Assembly (NCBI GenBank): GCA_951406725.2
Contig: OX597823.1
Coordinates: forward strand, 91,946,001 to 92,010,000
Source: Octopus vulgaris
Lineage: Eukaryota
Length of the DNA stretch: 64,000 nucleotides
Direction of reading: 5' to 3'
Shown here: positions 12,989-24,865 of the stretch, in pieces
Layout of the letters: each line of letters starts with the position of its first letter
How positions within the stretch are numbered: the first letter of the stretch is position 1
Translations under genes and position numbers: made by a program
The notes under the pieces: model-generated
Databases searched by the model: none
What the model saw: the letters and a program-made list of their open reading frames with translations, nothing else
Told to the model about the DNA's origin: nothing

Positions 12989-13703
12989 AAAAGTGGGTTG
13001 CTTACATCACATAAGTTTCCCAAGAATAAGCAGTAGGCTTACAAAAGAATAAATCCTGGGGTGAATTTGCTCGACTAAATATGGTGTTCCAGCATGGCCG
13101 CAGTCAAATGACTGAAAGGAATGAAAGAACACGTGTTCAATACTCTCAGTGGAATCGAACGCGGGACAACATGTATGCGAAAACGAATGTCTTAACCACA
13201 TAGCCATAAACGAAGCAGTTTATACAAATAACATAGGAGAATAAATAATGTAAAAAGACGTGTTTAATGCATTGAAACACACTGTTGATATTCAGCCGCA
13301 CTTCTGAGCAACGCACTAAATTATACATACATCATTTCCTTATATTTAAAAAAACTAAAGCAGTGACTACTACTAGATCTTGGTACCATAACTGACATAA
13401 ATATATTAAACGCTATGTAGCATAGAAACACAAAAGAACAAAAGAGTCATTACTAATGATTGCCACGTTTCCGTGCAGAAGTATAAACCATCACCATCGG
13501 ACCCCTATTTAACTTGTGTCATACATCATCCTGTCAGGATGACAACAGTCACATACAAAACAGCCATTTATTTTACAAAAAAAGAATAATGCTCTTTTCT
13601 ATGAGGATAAAGTTGATATTGCAATGAGGTTTCCCACACAACGCAATGTTTATATGCTTGTCGCTTATATATATGCGTGTGTGTGTGTGTGTGTGTGTGT
13701 GTT

Positions 13704-13778
<75 letters not shown>

Positions 13779-14339
13779 CAAGCCCCGAATTTAATCAATA
13801 AAAATTTCTCTACGCGTCTCTTTCACAACCTAATTGACATTTAATTGGACCCTACACATCGCTGAAAAATTTATCGCAACAGTCTCTACCGAGATTAACT
13901 TAATGCAGACCAGTTCGGTGATGGCATGGCTGGTCGAAACTTCGAAGTCTCTATCTTCCCAAAGAATAATAAGTTTGTACTCTACGAAAGTATGGAGTAA
14001 TTCTGCAGATTATTTTAGCATCCTTTGTATTTTAACTGAACATAGATACACACACACACATGTAAATATATGTTTATGCGTGTTAAGAATTTAGAAAGTT
14101 TCGAGAGGAATTGGAATAATTCTTGTTTGTATTTGGTTCTCGAAGTACATATAAAATGATAAACAATATCATTTAACTATAAGGTTCACAAACACTTTGC
14201 GATTAAAAAAAAAATCTAAGGCTGCTGAAACGAAATTTCCAAAACCAATATTTAAATGCTATTATTTACAATTCTATAAAGTACTTCGAGAAGCCATTCC
14301 AAAACAGAATTATTCCACGTTCTTTCGAATATTTATAAA

Positions 14340-14657
14340 CTAGCAGTATCACCCGGCGTTGCTCGGGTTTGTTTCGACCCTTTAGAATTGAAATTTTTGA
14401 AAAGTAATTTGCATTATGTAGCTTTTTCTCTTTCTCTTTTTCTCTTTTACTTGTTTCAGTCATTTGACTGCGGCCATGCTGGAGCACCGCCTTTAATCGA
14501 GCAACTCGACCCCGGGACTTATTCTTTGTAAGTCCAGTACTTATTCTATCGGTCTCTTTTTGCCGAACCGCTAAGTGACGGGGACATAAACACACCAGCA
14601 TCGGTTGTCAAGCAATGCTAGGGGGACAAACACAGATACACAAACACACACACACAA

Positions 14658-14709
<52 letters not shown>

Positions 14710-15127
14710 GACAGGCTTCTTTCGGTTTCCGTCTACCAAATCCACTCACAAGGCTTTGGTTGGCCCGAGGCTATAGTAGAAGACACTTGCCCAAGGTGCC
14801 ACACAGTGGGACTGAACCCGGAACCATGTGGTTGGTTAGCAACCTACTTACCACACAGCCACTCATTCTCTTTAAGTGAACATTTTTCTGGTTGAAATTC
14901 ACCGAAAAATGGCGACACAACAGTAAAAAAAATCGTAAAAACTACGGATTTTTACGAAAAGAAGCACTATTTTGACGTAAATAATTTTTGGTCTTAACAT
15001 GGTCCGATTTCTTCTATCATACTGTCAATTTTGGTCAACTTGCGTCTCAGGGTCTAGGAAGAGACAGTGTTAGTTGAAGGCTACCAAACCTGACATACAC
15101 AGACAACTTCAGCTTTATATAGAGAGA
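14340..15127 (-). mobile_element. Non-autonomous Helitron carrying a nested SINE
   Basis: The minus strand reads A|TCTCTCTATATAAAG...CCCGAGCAACGCCGGG-TGATACTG-CTAG|T: 5'-TC, a GC-rich subterminal hairpin, 3'-CTAG, and an A|T target with no TSD. Confidence 0.8.
14425..14863 (-). mobile_element. Near full-length SINE family B nested in the Helitron
   Basis: Reverse complement of 11215-11675. Confidence 0.9.
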
Positions 15128-15776
15128 TTTACATTTTTTATATGTACTTCAAGAACCACTTAGAAAAGTGTAATGTAGAAGTGCTAAAGTTTTGTTTATT
15201 TGAAATGTTTTCGTAGTTCTTTCCACCATCATAATCTTCATCATCATCATCACCATAACGTCATAATCAACAACAACAACAACAACAACTCCTCGACATT
15301 ACTATCTCGAATCCTAGAATCCATAGAGACATTTACCTGGTGCATAAGTGCGATCACAACGTTGGCCTTCAATGAGACGCCAGTCTGTTGCAGAGTTCCT
15401 CATTCACGGCTAAGTAGACTGGACCAATGCGAAGTAAAGTTGTTTTATTCAGAATAACTTACTTTCCGGTGCAAGAATCGAAACCACATCTTATGATCGC
15501 GAGTGTAACGTTTTAAGCACAGGCCACACGCTTAACTTTTTCATAGGACTTTAGCAATTAAAACATGCACAAATCTGCATGCTATTCACACGTATACACA
15601 CATACAGACATATACAAGCACACACAAACATAAATAAATAAATATATATATATATGTGCGTGTTTATGTATGTGTGTGTGTGTTTGTACCTGTGTGAATG
15701 TGTGTGTTTGTATACATGTTATATATACAAATATATATGCATACTATGGACACACATATCTATGTGTACGTGTTCT

Positions 15777-15821
<45 letters not shown>

Positions 15822-15845
15822 ATATATATATATATATGTATGTAA

Positions 15846-16210
15846 AGAAGACAAAAAAATGGAACAAGGACGTAACAGGTGACAACAAAACATCCGGAGA
15901 GTTACACGATACAAAAGAGGACAGGTAAAAACAAGGACAGGTCATCTCGAGGTTCCTATCCTCAGTCGAGTTCCAGATCGTCTTTGCAGTTTCGGCCGGT
16001 TACATTCGAGACTGCTCCAAGAAAATCTAAGCTAAGAGTATTAGACTCCTTGGAAGAAAGCAAACGAATGTATACAAAAAATAAAGGGGCAAAAAACGGG
16101 AAAGAAAGGTACACAATTACAAATAGAACATCAACAACAGGTTTCTTTCAATTAAGGACGAATTAAATTAAGCTGGCGTGTGTGGAAATGGAGCCTTGCG
16201 GCAGGAACAT
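15846..16210. mobile_element. Unclassified repeat-like insert between (TA)n tracts, possibly Penelope-related
   Basis: Compositionally distinct block bounded by TA microsatellites; single copy in this window; recognised only from recall. Confidence 0.3.
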
Positions 16211-16239
16211 ATGTGTATATATATTTATATATATAACTG

Positions 16240-16440
16240 TGACTCCTTCCTTAACGGCAACGAGGGTTCCAGTTAATCCGAGCAACGGGACAGCCTGCTC
16301 GTGAAATTAACGTGCATGTGGCTGAGCACGCCACTGACACACGTACCCTTAACGTACCCTCAGGAAGGTTCAGTTTGACACAGAATGTGAAAACGCTGGC
16401 CCTTTGAAACAGAGGTACTACTCATATTTGCCAGCTGAGT
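16240..16440 (-). mobile_element. SINE family C, 3' half
   Basis: GAGGGTTCCAGTT...CAGCCTGCTCGTGAAATTAACGTGCA..TGGCTGAGCAC matches 32200-32345 and 35595-35740. Confidence 0.8.
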
Positions 16441-16984
16441 GTATGCATATACGAATTTTTATGTATATGTATGTATATATACTCACACACCAACGTCAAT
16501 ATGTATGTGTATATACGCACACACTAACATCTATATAAGTGTGTTTGTGCACACGCATATATAGATATATGTATACGCAAATGGAAGCATGTATGTCGAC
16601 TTATACATCTACACTGCAAGCATCAGTGGCGAAAGTGTGTGACTTGTTAAGATATGACGTGACTACAGTAAATGTTTAGTCTTTATATCGTTACTAACAA
16701 ATACGCACGATCTCAACTCTTCTAACCGTGACCCTTCAAAAAAAAATAAATCCTGGTGTCGATTTGCTCGACTAAATACGGTGTTCCAGCATGGCCGCAA
16801 TCAAATGACAGAAACGACTAAAAGAATACGTGCAAATTACACTCAGTGGAATCGAACGCGGGACAACGTGTGTTGTGAAAAGAAGCATGCACCAATACTT
16901 AGCTGGTAGATATTTCGGTTTATTAGACTAAGCTCTTTAACTTCATCCCCTCCCATATACATATATAACACGCTTTCTTTATAT

Positions 16985-17115
16985 TCCTTCTAGCAAATAT
17001 ACTGACGAGGCATCAGTCGGTCCGAGGTTATAATACAAAACACTTGCCAAAGTACCACGTGCGCAGTGGTTGGGAACGCAATGGTTGGGAAGCAAAGTCC
17101 TTACCACACAGCCAC
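16985..17115 (-). mobile_element. SINE family B head, degenerate
   Basis: CACTTGCCAAAGTACCACG...CTTACCACACAGCCAC. Confidence 0.7.
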
Positions 17116-17228
17116 GTATGTGTGTAGTATGTATGTATGCATGTATACATAAATTTATGTATGTATGTTTGTATATATATATATATATATACATATATTT
17201 ATGTGTTTTATGTGAGTGTGTATATACC

Positions 17229-17261
<33 letters not shown>

Positions 17262-19544
17262 GAGTGTGCATATATATACATACATATATATATATATACA
17301 TACACAGAAATATAAGTACATACATATATATATATATATATACATAAATATATATATATATATATATACATACATATATATATATATATATGTTTGTGTA
17401 TACACACATATATACACATATTTAATAACCCATCTTAATATACTTTGCTGATGTTTCCCGAAGCATTGTTGAGTGATGAGTTTTTGTCTTCAGGTCATCA
17501 TCGTGTTTTAGAAACACTCACACACATACACAAACACACACACATACACACAATTTGTGTGTGTATGTAATAAAGCTTCATGTTTCTTTTACTTTCCTTT
17601 TTACTTCACAATTATTATTATTTTCTTTTTTGTTTATTCCAAGATAAATTGTTCCCCCCGCTTCATCACAAACATCACAAACCGTTGTCTAACGATAAGA
17701 TATCTTGATGCATTGTTTCTGCCCTTTCGTCAGGTTATTTTCAAATTGAAATAAAGTGTTACTCACTTCAATGCTAAGCTGGATTATATTCCAAAGCCTG
17801 AGGCAAAGCTGAACTGCAAGCTAAAATCTCAAGTATTTCATTGCAGTTGCCATAGCAATTTATATTTTTCTATTTCTTTGAATATTTTCTTTTCTTAGAA
17901 TAACAAAAATAAAATAAATATGGCCATGCAATCTGTACGCTTCATTAAATTTTGTTGTTGCGGTCATTGTTTTACTCGTGCTCGTAATGGTTCTGTGTCA
18001 AATCTGTTCGTCATAAACTTCCAATGCATTTCCGTTTAAATTTGTTTTTCCAAATGCAAGACGGGCACAACAGAGACATCAGAAAACACCTATTTTTTCT
18101 ATCCGAACGCATTGATTTTATTTGACCTCAATTATGTGATTCTATTCTCCGTTCACATCACCGACTGACCGCTGTACATGTCATACGAGCACCACATAAA
18201 TTCTGCCTAATACGGGGCTTAATACTCAACCAATACCATCAACATTGTATTCTTCTGCTCAAGGTTATTAAAAAACAATTGTAGATTCTATTTTTTCTTG
18301 TTTCTGTGAGAAGGGTATGTCTATAATTTTACATCAACATTGTAATTTGGATTTTATGCATGATAAGTGCAAGAACATAACACATAATATTCTATAGAGT
18401 CAGAATCACTTAAATGTTACGTGAAAGCGGAAGATCAAAGATGAATGTTAATACTCCCGGACAGAAGAAAAAACACAAAGAAAAAATGGCGCAGTCAGAT
18501 ATGTGGCGGATATGCTTCTTATGTATATGCATATTTTACAGCTACACTTAACACTGGAACGTGACTAAAAGATATACGTATATATCGAGAGATAACGCTG
18601 ATATTTTTGCTACTTCAGATAGGAAAATTCTTTCTAATTTAGGGATATGTAAGGTTAATTTCCAAACAATATCTGACTTAAAAATAGGGCGCATAAATAA
18701 AAGTCAATTGTATATAATGAAAATATATATCGAAAGCCAAATGAAAACTCGCGTTATATAAACCACGAAAAAATCCATTAGTGTTATAAATATAGCGAGC
18801 ATATATTTTTAGATTGTTATCTAAGTCCTGAAGCAAAGATTGACACATCACATGTTGAACGAACAAAATAAATAATAAAACATGGCAAAATCTGAAATCC
18901 TACGTGCATAATATAAACCAAGAGCCAAAAGAGAAACACGATATAATGTGGGAAATGTTTATAAGGAAAAACATCTAACGTTGGGAAAAGAGAAAAACTA
19001 AACATCAATAAATAAATAAATTGATATCTCTCTCTTTGATAAACCATAATGATAAAATAGCAATAACAATGATAAAGGCAATCTCAGTTATCAGAGACAT
19101 ACCAAGACGGATGTGAAAGTAATAACCAGGGAAAAGCACGGTTGGTACATAAAGTGAAGAACTGGAGAGCATCTGGAAATAATAAATTCCCAAACTTCTA
19201 ATAAAATTTTTTAATCCTGCTTAGTAAATGCGTAGCCCTGATGGCCATATTATCACAGATAATATATGATCAACTGTAGATAAAAATATAAAACTGAAAA
19301 GGGTGCTTTACAGATTAAAGTGGTTTGGAACAAGGTAGACACATCCTTGCAAACCCGCTTTCAAGGATATAGAGATGAAGTGACTGGCCCAGTTGAGGCC
19401 TTATAAAGTGCGCTATGAATTTCAAAAACAATATCCATTTGTTTATATTTTAAAAACAATATCCATTTCTTACTGATGAATGATTACAAACAAAACATTG
19501 GATTATTATGACAACTTCTTCACAAAGAAAATTAATGCTACTTG

Positions 19545-19800
19545 TTGGTGAATTGGTAGAGCTGTTAGTGTCGGACAGAATGCCTCATGTTATTCGTTTC
19601 GACTCTCAACGCTCCGAGTTCAAATCCTGCATAGGACAAATGTACCTTTTATCTTTTCAAGGTAAATGAGAAAGTAACACTCCAAGACTATGGGCAGGCA
19701 TTCCTACCCACAGCTTGGCCTACCCACACGGAATGCCTACCCACAGCTTGGCCTACTTGAGTGATGGGGTTAATTTTTTGCACTGTTTTACATTCTCCTC
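19545..19800 (+). mobile_element. Old SINE family A copy
   Basis: GGTGAATTGGTAGAGCTGTTAG...GAGTTCAAATCCTGC...CCTTTTATCTTTTC. Confidence 0.6.
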
Positions 19801-20896
19801 CTGGAATTTTTAGTGAGTCATTTCTGTTGCAAGTCTTCCGCTTTAAAGTTACCTTCGTTTCTTCCTGCCATCAGTTTCAGAGGCCAAGTGAAAAATCGAG
19901 CCATGCCTTCGCTCCTGGGTAGAATACGAAAAACAAAAAAATTTGGGTACTTTTCTCAATATTCAAACATACACCCTTCTCTAAAATTCTGTTCTCTCTG
20001 ACGTTACTATATTTAAAAGCGTCGATCCGAGTATCATACAATAGAAATTAATAATTCCGTAAATCGATACATTCAACCTCTTAACGACCAAGAACATGAA
20101 TCATACGGTACACAAATTCAATCAAGAAATGTGATTTGGAAAATTTTACTAAGATATCAGTGATGGTAGGAAAACTAATTGGACTGATAGATAAAAAAAA
20201 AGAGAGAAATGTACAAGAACTTTAGACTATGTAAAACCTAGTGAGTAATTAAGGAACAGACAGAGTAAAAGACACAAACAAAAGAGAGGAAAACAAGGAA
20301 TAAAATCGATACTCTAGATTAATTGGCGAAACTCAAATAGATGACGAAAATATGGAAATAAGTATCAATTCTTTAGTTGCTATGGAAATAAATTACAGCG
20401 AAATTAATTTTCAACTTAGTAAGATATTTAACCTAAGAAAAGAAAACATAGACAATATTGCGAAGTGTCTCAGTATTAAAAGAAATAAATAACATAAAAT
20501 TGAAATTTATAACATTTGTTTAACGCTGGAAGAAAGACAAGTAGAAATATGAAAAAAATGCTACACGTGTCCGAGTTGAAACTATTGCCGAAGAAAAGCT
20601 GAGAATGCTCGTAGAAAGAATCGGCGGAGAAGAAAAAGTGACAAAGACAATTTGGGGTTTGGAAATTTTAGATGGCGTTTTGTTCGTATGGTGGGGTATC
20701 GAAAGTGGCCGGTGGGTGTAAGTAGGCGAAAGGAGTTTTGTTAAGACTTTCTCATATTCCCGCAAGTCAGACTAATACACTTGCTTGTTCTTTTATACAC
20801 CTGTCTTAGTGCTTTGCTTTTCTGTAAATTTCACACACTCAAGCAAATCACACGCGCAGACACACATACACAAACACGCACACACGCATATACAAC

Positions 20897-21001
20897 GGCC
20901 CGAGGCTACAGCAGAAGACACTTGCCCAAGGTGCAACGCAGTGGGACTGAAGCCGGATCCATGTGGTTGGTAAGGAAGTTACTTACCACACAGCCACTCC
21001 T
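20897..21001 (-). mobile_element. SINE family B head
   Basis: GGCCCGAGGCTACAGCAGAAGACACTTGCCCAAGGTGC...CTTACCACACAGCCACTCCT. Confidence 0.85.
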
Positions 21002-21884
21002 AGCAAAATTTTCGTCTGTAATTAAATTCTGCATAGTTGAGAAAAACGCCCAACATTAATTCTTTCAAACTCCGAAAGAGAACAACGGTGAGATAATAAA
21101 AAAGACAAGACAAAATGTCGAAAAGATAATTCACGAACTTTCGGGATATTATTATCCTTACTCCGATACAAGGGTCAAATATAAAGAAGGTTTCGTCCAC
21201 CAAACATCATGTGCATATTAAGTTTCCCTAACTTTCCCTTAAAAGAGTTAAAAAGGAAATATGACAACGAATTTATTATATTCGAATATTTCTCTTTCTT
21301 TTTCAGGATAGATCGTACATCCTATGGGATACATACATTATTCTCAGTCAAAGGAAGATAAAATAAACTGTAGAACAATATTTGCCCTCTAGTTGATAAC
21401 GCTGTGGCGATGGTATTAGTACTAAATTACTTTAACAAGGAGCAAATCAAGTTTGTTTAAAAACTGCACCATTAAATGAAAATGAAATATTAATAAGAAA
21501 AACATGAAGAGAGGGAGAGATAAATATTTGTTCTTCATTTATCATTTTTATTTATTGGTTCTTTCCATATTTATTTTAACATCTCGCTCTGCAAATGTGC
21601 CTCAGAGAATATTGAAGCAAATTTCCTATGCGTGCAATATGTGCGTGTGTGAGTGTATACATGTTTGTTTATATAACACACACACACACACACAAAATAC
21701 ATATATATATATATGTATATATGCACACGCATATATACTTTTGTTTTACATTAACGTTCATCCTCAGATTTGCATTTGACCTTTACATATAATTTCAGAT
21801 AAATTTTAGTTTTTTCAATTTTTTCTCTTCTTTCTCACTTCATGCTATACCTTCGTTCATGTTTCATTTTCACTGAAATTTTAC

Positions 21885-21885
21885 A

Positions 21886-21916
<31 letters not shown>

Positions 21917-22598
21917 TATTACTATTATTGTTGTTGTTGTTGTTGTCGTTGTTCTTGCCTTTGCCATTGTTTTTTTCCATGCGAGAAAAGGGAATAAGGA
22001 CATCTTGGAAAACGTTTGTTACTTGTTTATATACTACTACTATTACTACTACTAATTCTTCTTCTTCTTCTTCTTCTTCTTCTTCTTCTTCTTCTTCTTC
22101 TTCTCTTTCACCCTTCTTTTCCCTTCCTCCTCCTCCTCATCATCATCATTCGCATCATTTTATTTCTCTTTCTTCTCCTCCCTCTTCCCCTTCTCCTTCT
22201 TCCATTCCATTCTTCTTCTTCTACTTCCTCTTCCCCTTCTTCTTCTCCCCCTTCCCCTTCTTCTTTCCCTCTTCTTCTTCTTCTTCTTCTTCTTCTCTTC
22301 CTCTTCACTTCTTCACTTTCTTCTTTTTCTTCTTCTTCCCCTTCCCCTTCTTTTTCTTCTTCTTCTTCCCCTTCCCCTTCTTCTTCTTCTCCTTCTTTCT
22401 CTTCTTCTTCTTCTTCTTCTTCTTCTTCTTCTTCTCCCCCTCTCCTCTTTCTTCACCATCGTCAGCTTCTGTTTCTTCCATCCCCACCGCTCCATCATCT
22501 TTCTCCTTACTGTTATCATTGTTGTTGTCTCTGCAATTGCTGTTATTTTCGACGTTGTTGTTGTTGTTATTGTTGTTGTTGTTGTTGTTGTTGTTGCT
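21885..22598. repeat. Compound microsatellite with a ~400-bp (CTT/CCT) polypyrimidine tract
   Basis: Seen directly. Confidence 0.92.
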
Positions 22599-22992
22599 AA
22601 GAGAATTTATGCTTAAATGCTAAGGACAAATACCTAACAGCCATATTACACCATATTTCAAGAATACATCTGCAAGTGGAAACAACAACCAAAAGAAGAA
22701 AAAAAAACCTTAAAATAATAAAAATAAAATAAAAATAAAACAAGATAAAAAATTAAAATAAACAACTGTAACAAACCATCTGTACATGACAATCTGCAGA
22801 GCACCGACAAATTTTTCTTTTACAATAGAGAATCAGAAATAAAAATATACCACAAAATTTTAGTATGTTTTCCGATTGCCAATGAAGTTTCCATTTTTAC
22901 GTAACGTGCTGCCGTGTATGTTAGTTTGACAGGCAGAATATGTTAGTATTCTAACGGTATTCTATTTGCTTTCTAATATTTTAGTTAGGTAA

Positions 22993-23505
22993 AAGGCACC
23001 GAGCTGCTGACAGAATCGTTAGCACACCGGACAAAGAGTGCTTAGCGGCATTTGATCTGTCTTGATGTTCTGGAGTTCGAATCAGGGCTGTGGAGTCGGA
23101 ATTCGAGTCGTGGCGTCGTAGTCAGAAATAATTAAGGAGTTGCTGGAATAGGAGTCGGAGTCGGTAAAATTTATATAGACTCCGACTCCGACATATAATG
23201 TCTTTATTCTTTTATATAAACCGGTTATAACATAGAGGCCTACTCAGAGTACAAACGTATGCATATGCATTTATGAGATATGTAGACCACAGTCTCTTAA
23301 TTACATAAAGAGGAGTCGGAGTCGGGGGTGCCGATAGTAGAGGAGTCAGAGTGAAAGGTTTTGTATCGACTCCAAAATCCTGGTTCGAATATCGCCTTAC
23401 ATTCTTTCAGGTTCGATAAAATAAGTACCGGTTGAGCACTGGGGGTCGATGTAATCGACTTAATCCTCTTACCCGAAATTGCTGGCCTTGTGTCAAAAAT
23501 TAGAA
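22993..23505 (+). mobile_element. SINE family A split by a MITE
   Basis: Head at 22993-23082; core and tail resume at 23383 (TCGATAAAATAAGTACCGGTTGAGCACTGGGGGTCGATGTAATCGAC). Confidence 0.82.
23083..23382. mobile_element. 300-bp hAT-type MITE with 8-bp TSD
   Basis: TIRs CAGGGCTGTGGAGTCG / CGACTCCAAAATCCTG, subterminal GGAGTC repeats, exact TSD GTTCGAAT at 23075-23082 and 23383-23390. Confidence 0.88.
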
Positions 23506-23662
23506 AGCAGCATTTCAGTAGGATACAAAAGGATTGTGTTGAGGTGCTTCGTTTAGATGTAAGCCGCCAGTCCATTCTTTAATAATTGCAAACCTCCAAC
23601 ATAGTACTCTCGTATATGTATATGTATATTTATATATATCTGTAAATGTAATACGTAGCCAT

Positions 23663-23723
23663 GATAAAACTCCGAGTTTCGGATGCCGAGGTGGAAATCC
23701 ACACCGCTATCTCTTCAATTACC
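23663..23723 (-). ncRNA. Type I hammerhead ribozyme, C3U core variant
   Basis: Minus strand GGTAA-TTGAAGA-GATAGCGGTGTGGATTTCCACCTCGGCATC-C-GAAA-CTCGGAG-TT-TTATC. Confidence 0.55.
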
Positions 23724-23743
23724 CGGCCATCGGAAAAATGCCG

Positions 23744-23804
23744 GATAACTGAAGAGATGGCGGCGGGGATTTCCACCTCGGCATCAGAAACTCGGAGTTT
23801 TATC
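23744..23804 (+). ncRNA. Type I hammerhead ribozyme (minimal stem III)
   Basis: Stem I GATAA/TTATC. Core CTGAAGA 23749-23755. Stem II GATG...CATC plus one extra nt. GAAA 23787-23790. Stem III ACTC-G-GAGT. GUU cleavage triplet. Confidence 0.65.
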
Positions 23805-23933
23805 ATGGCTACCGAATAATTGCCACGTATTACATTTACAGATAAATTTCTATAGTTACGTAATATCGAGGTCTCTTTCTTTCTTTTGTTGTCTTACCGT
23901 TTTTATCAATATATATATATATATATATATATA

Positions 23934-24310
23934 GGCGCAGGAGTGGCGGTGTGGTAAGTGGCTTGCTTACCAACAACATGCTTCCGGGTTCAGTCCAACT
24001 GCGTGGCTGACCAAAGCCTTGTGTGTGGATTTGGTAGACGGAAACTGAAAGACGCCCGTCGTATATATGTATATGTATATATGTATATATATGTGTGTGT
24101 GTGTGTGTTTGTGTGCGTCTGTTTGTCTCTCCCCCCCTCCCAACATCGTTTGCCAACCGATGCTGGTGTGTTTACAGTTTGGCAGAAGAGGCAGATAGAA
24201 TAAGTACTGGGCTTACAAAGAATAAGTCCTGGGGTCGATTTTCTCGACTAAAGGCGATGCTGCAGCATGGCCGCAGTCAAATGACTGAAACATGTATAGG
24301 TGTAAAAGAG
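23934..24310 (+). mobile_element. SINE family B with internal deletions
   Basis: GGCGCAGGAGTGGCGGTGTGGTAAG head through the CAGCATGGCCGCAGTCAAATGACTGAAAC tail. Confidence 0.87.
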
Positions 24311-24476
24311 TATATATATATATGTATACACCTATATGTATATATACATATATACACATATATGTATATATCTATATTTATATCCCACTATATATGTGTG
24401 TACGTATGTACGCATGTATATATATATATATCTATGTATATGTATGTATACATACATACATATATATATATATATA

Positions 24477-24519
<43 letters not shown>

Positions 24520-24800
24520 CTGTATGTATATGTATATATAGATATATGTATGTATATATATGTATACATATACATATATATTTATATATAGATATGCATA
24601 TATGCATATATGTGTGTATATATTCACACGCGTGTGCACACATCCACATGCACGGACACACACATAAGCATACATACATATGTACACTTGTACATTATGT
24701 ACACAAATCGACCCAGTAATAAAACTGATCACACACTGGGAGCAGCACAAATTTACAAACACAAAATATACACACAGTACGAACGACTACACGCATGTAT

Positions 24801-24865
<65 letters not shown>

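Larger units (their letters stand above)
23638..23843. mobile_element. Fold-back element (Penelope-like inverted pseudo-LTR type)
   Basis: 23655-23727 is inverted at about 23740-23812, and 23638-23656 is inverted at 23825-23843. Each arm holds a hammerhead fold. Confidence 0.72.

Noticed and set aside
15985-16065. Possible minus-strand hammerhead (CCGGCC-GAAA-CTGCA)
   Set aside because: No CUGANGA at a position that pairs stem II, and no UH site.
19870-20760. A-rich stretch with a coding-like look
   Set aside because: Many stops and no recognisable domain.
21289-21420. Strong-looking splice acceptor (TTTCTCTTTCTTTTTCAG at 21289-21306)
   Set aside because: All three frames stop within about 90 bp and no partner exon was found; cannot be supported without RNA-seq.
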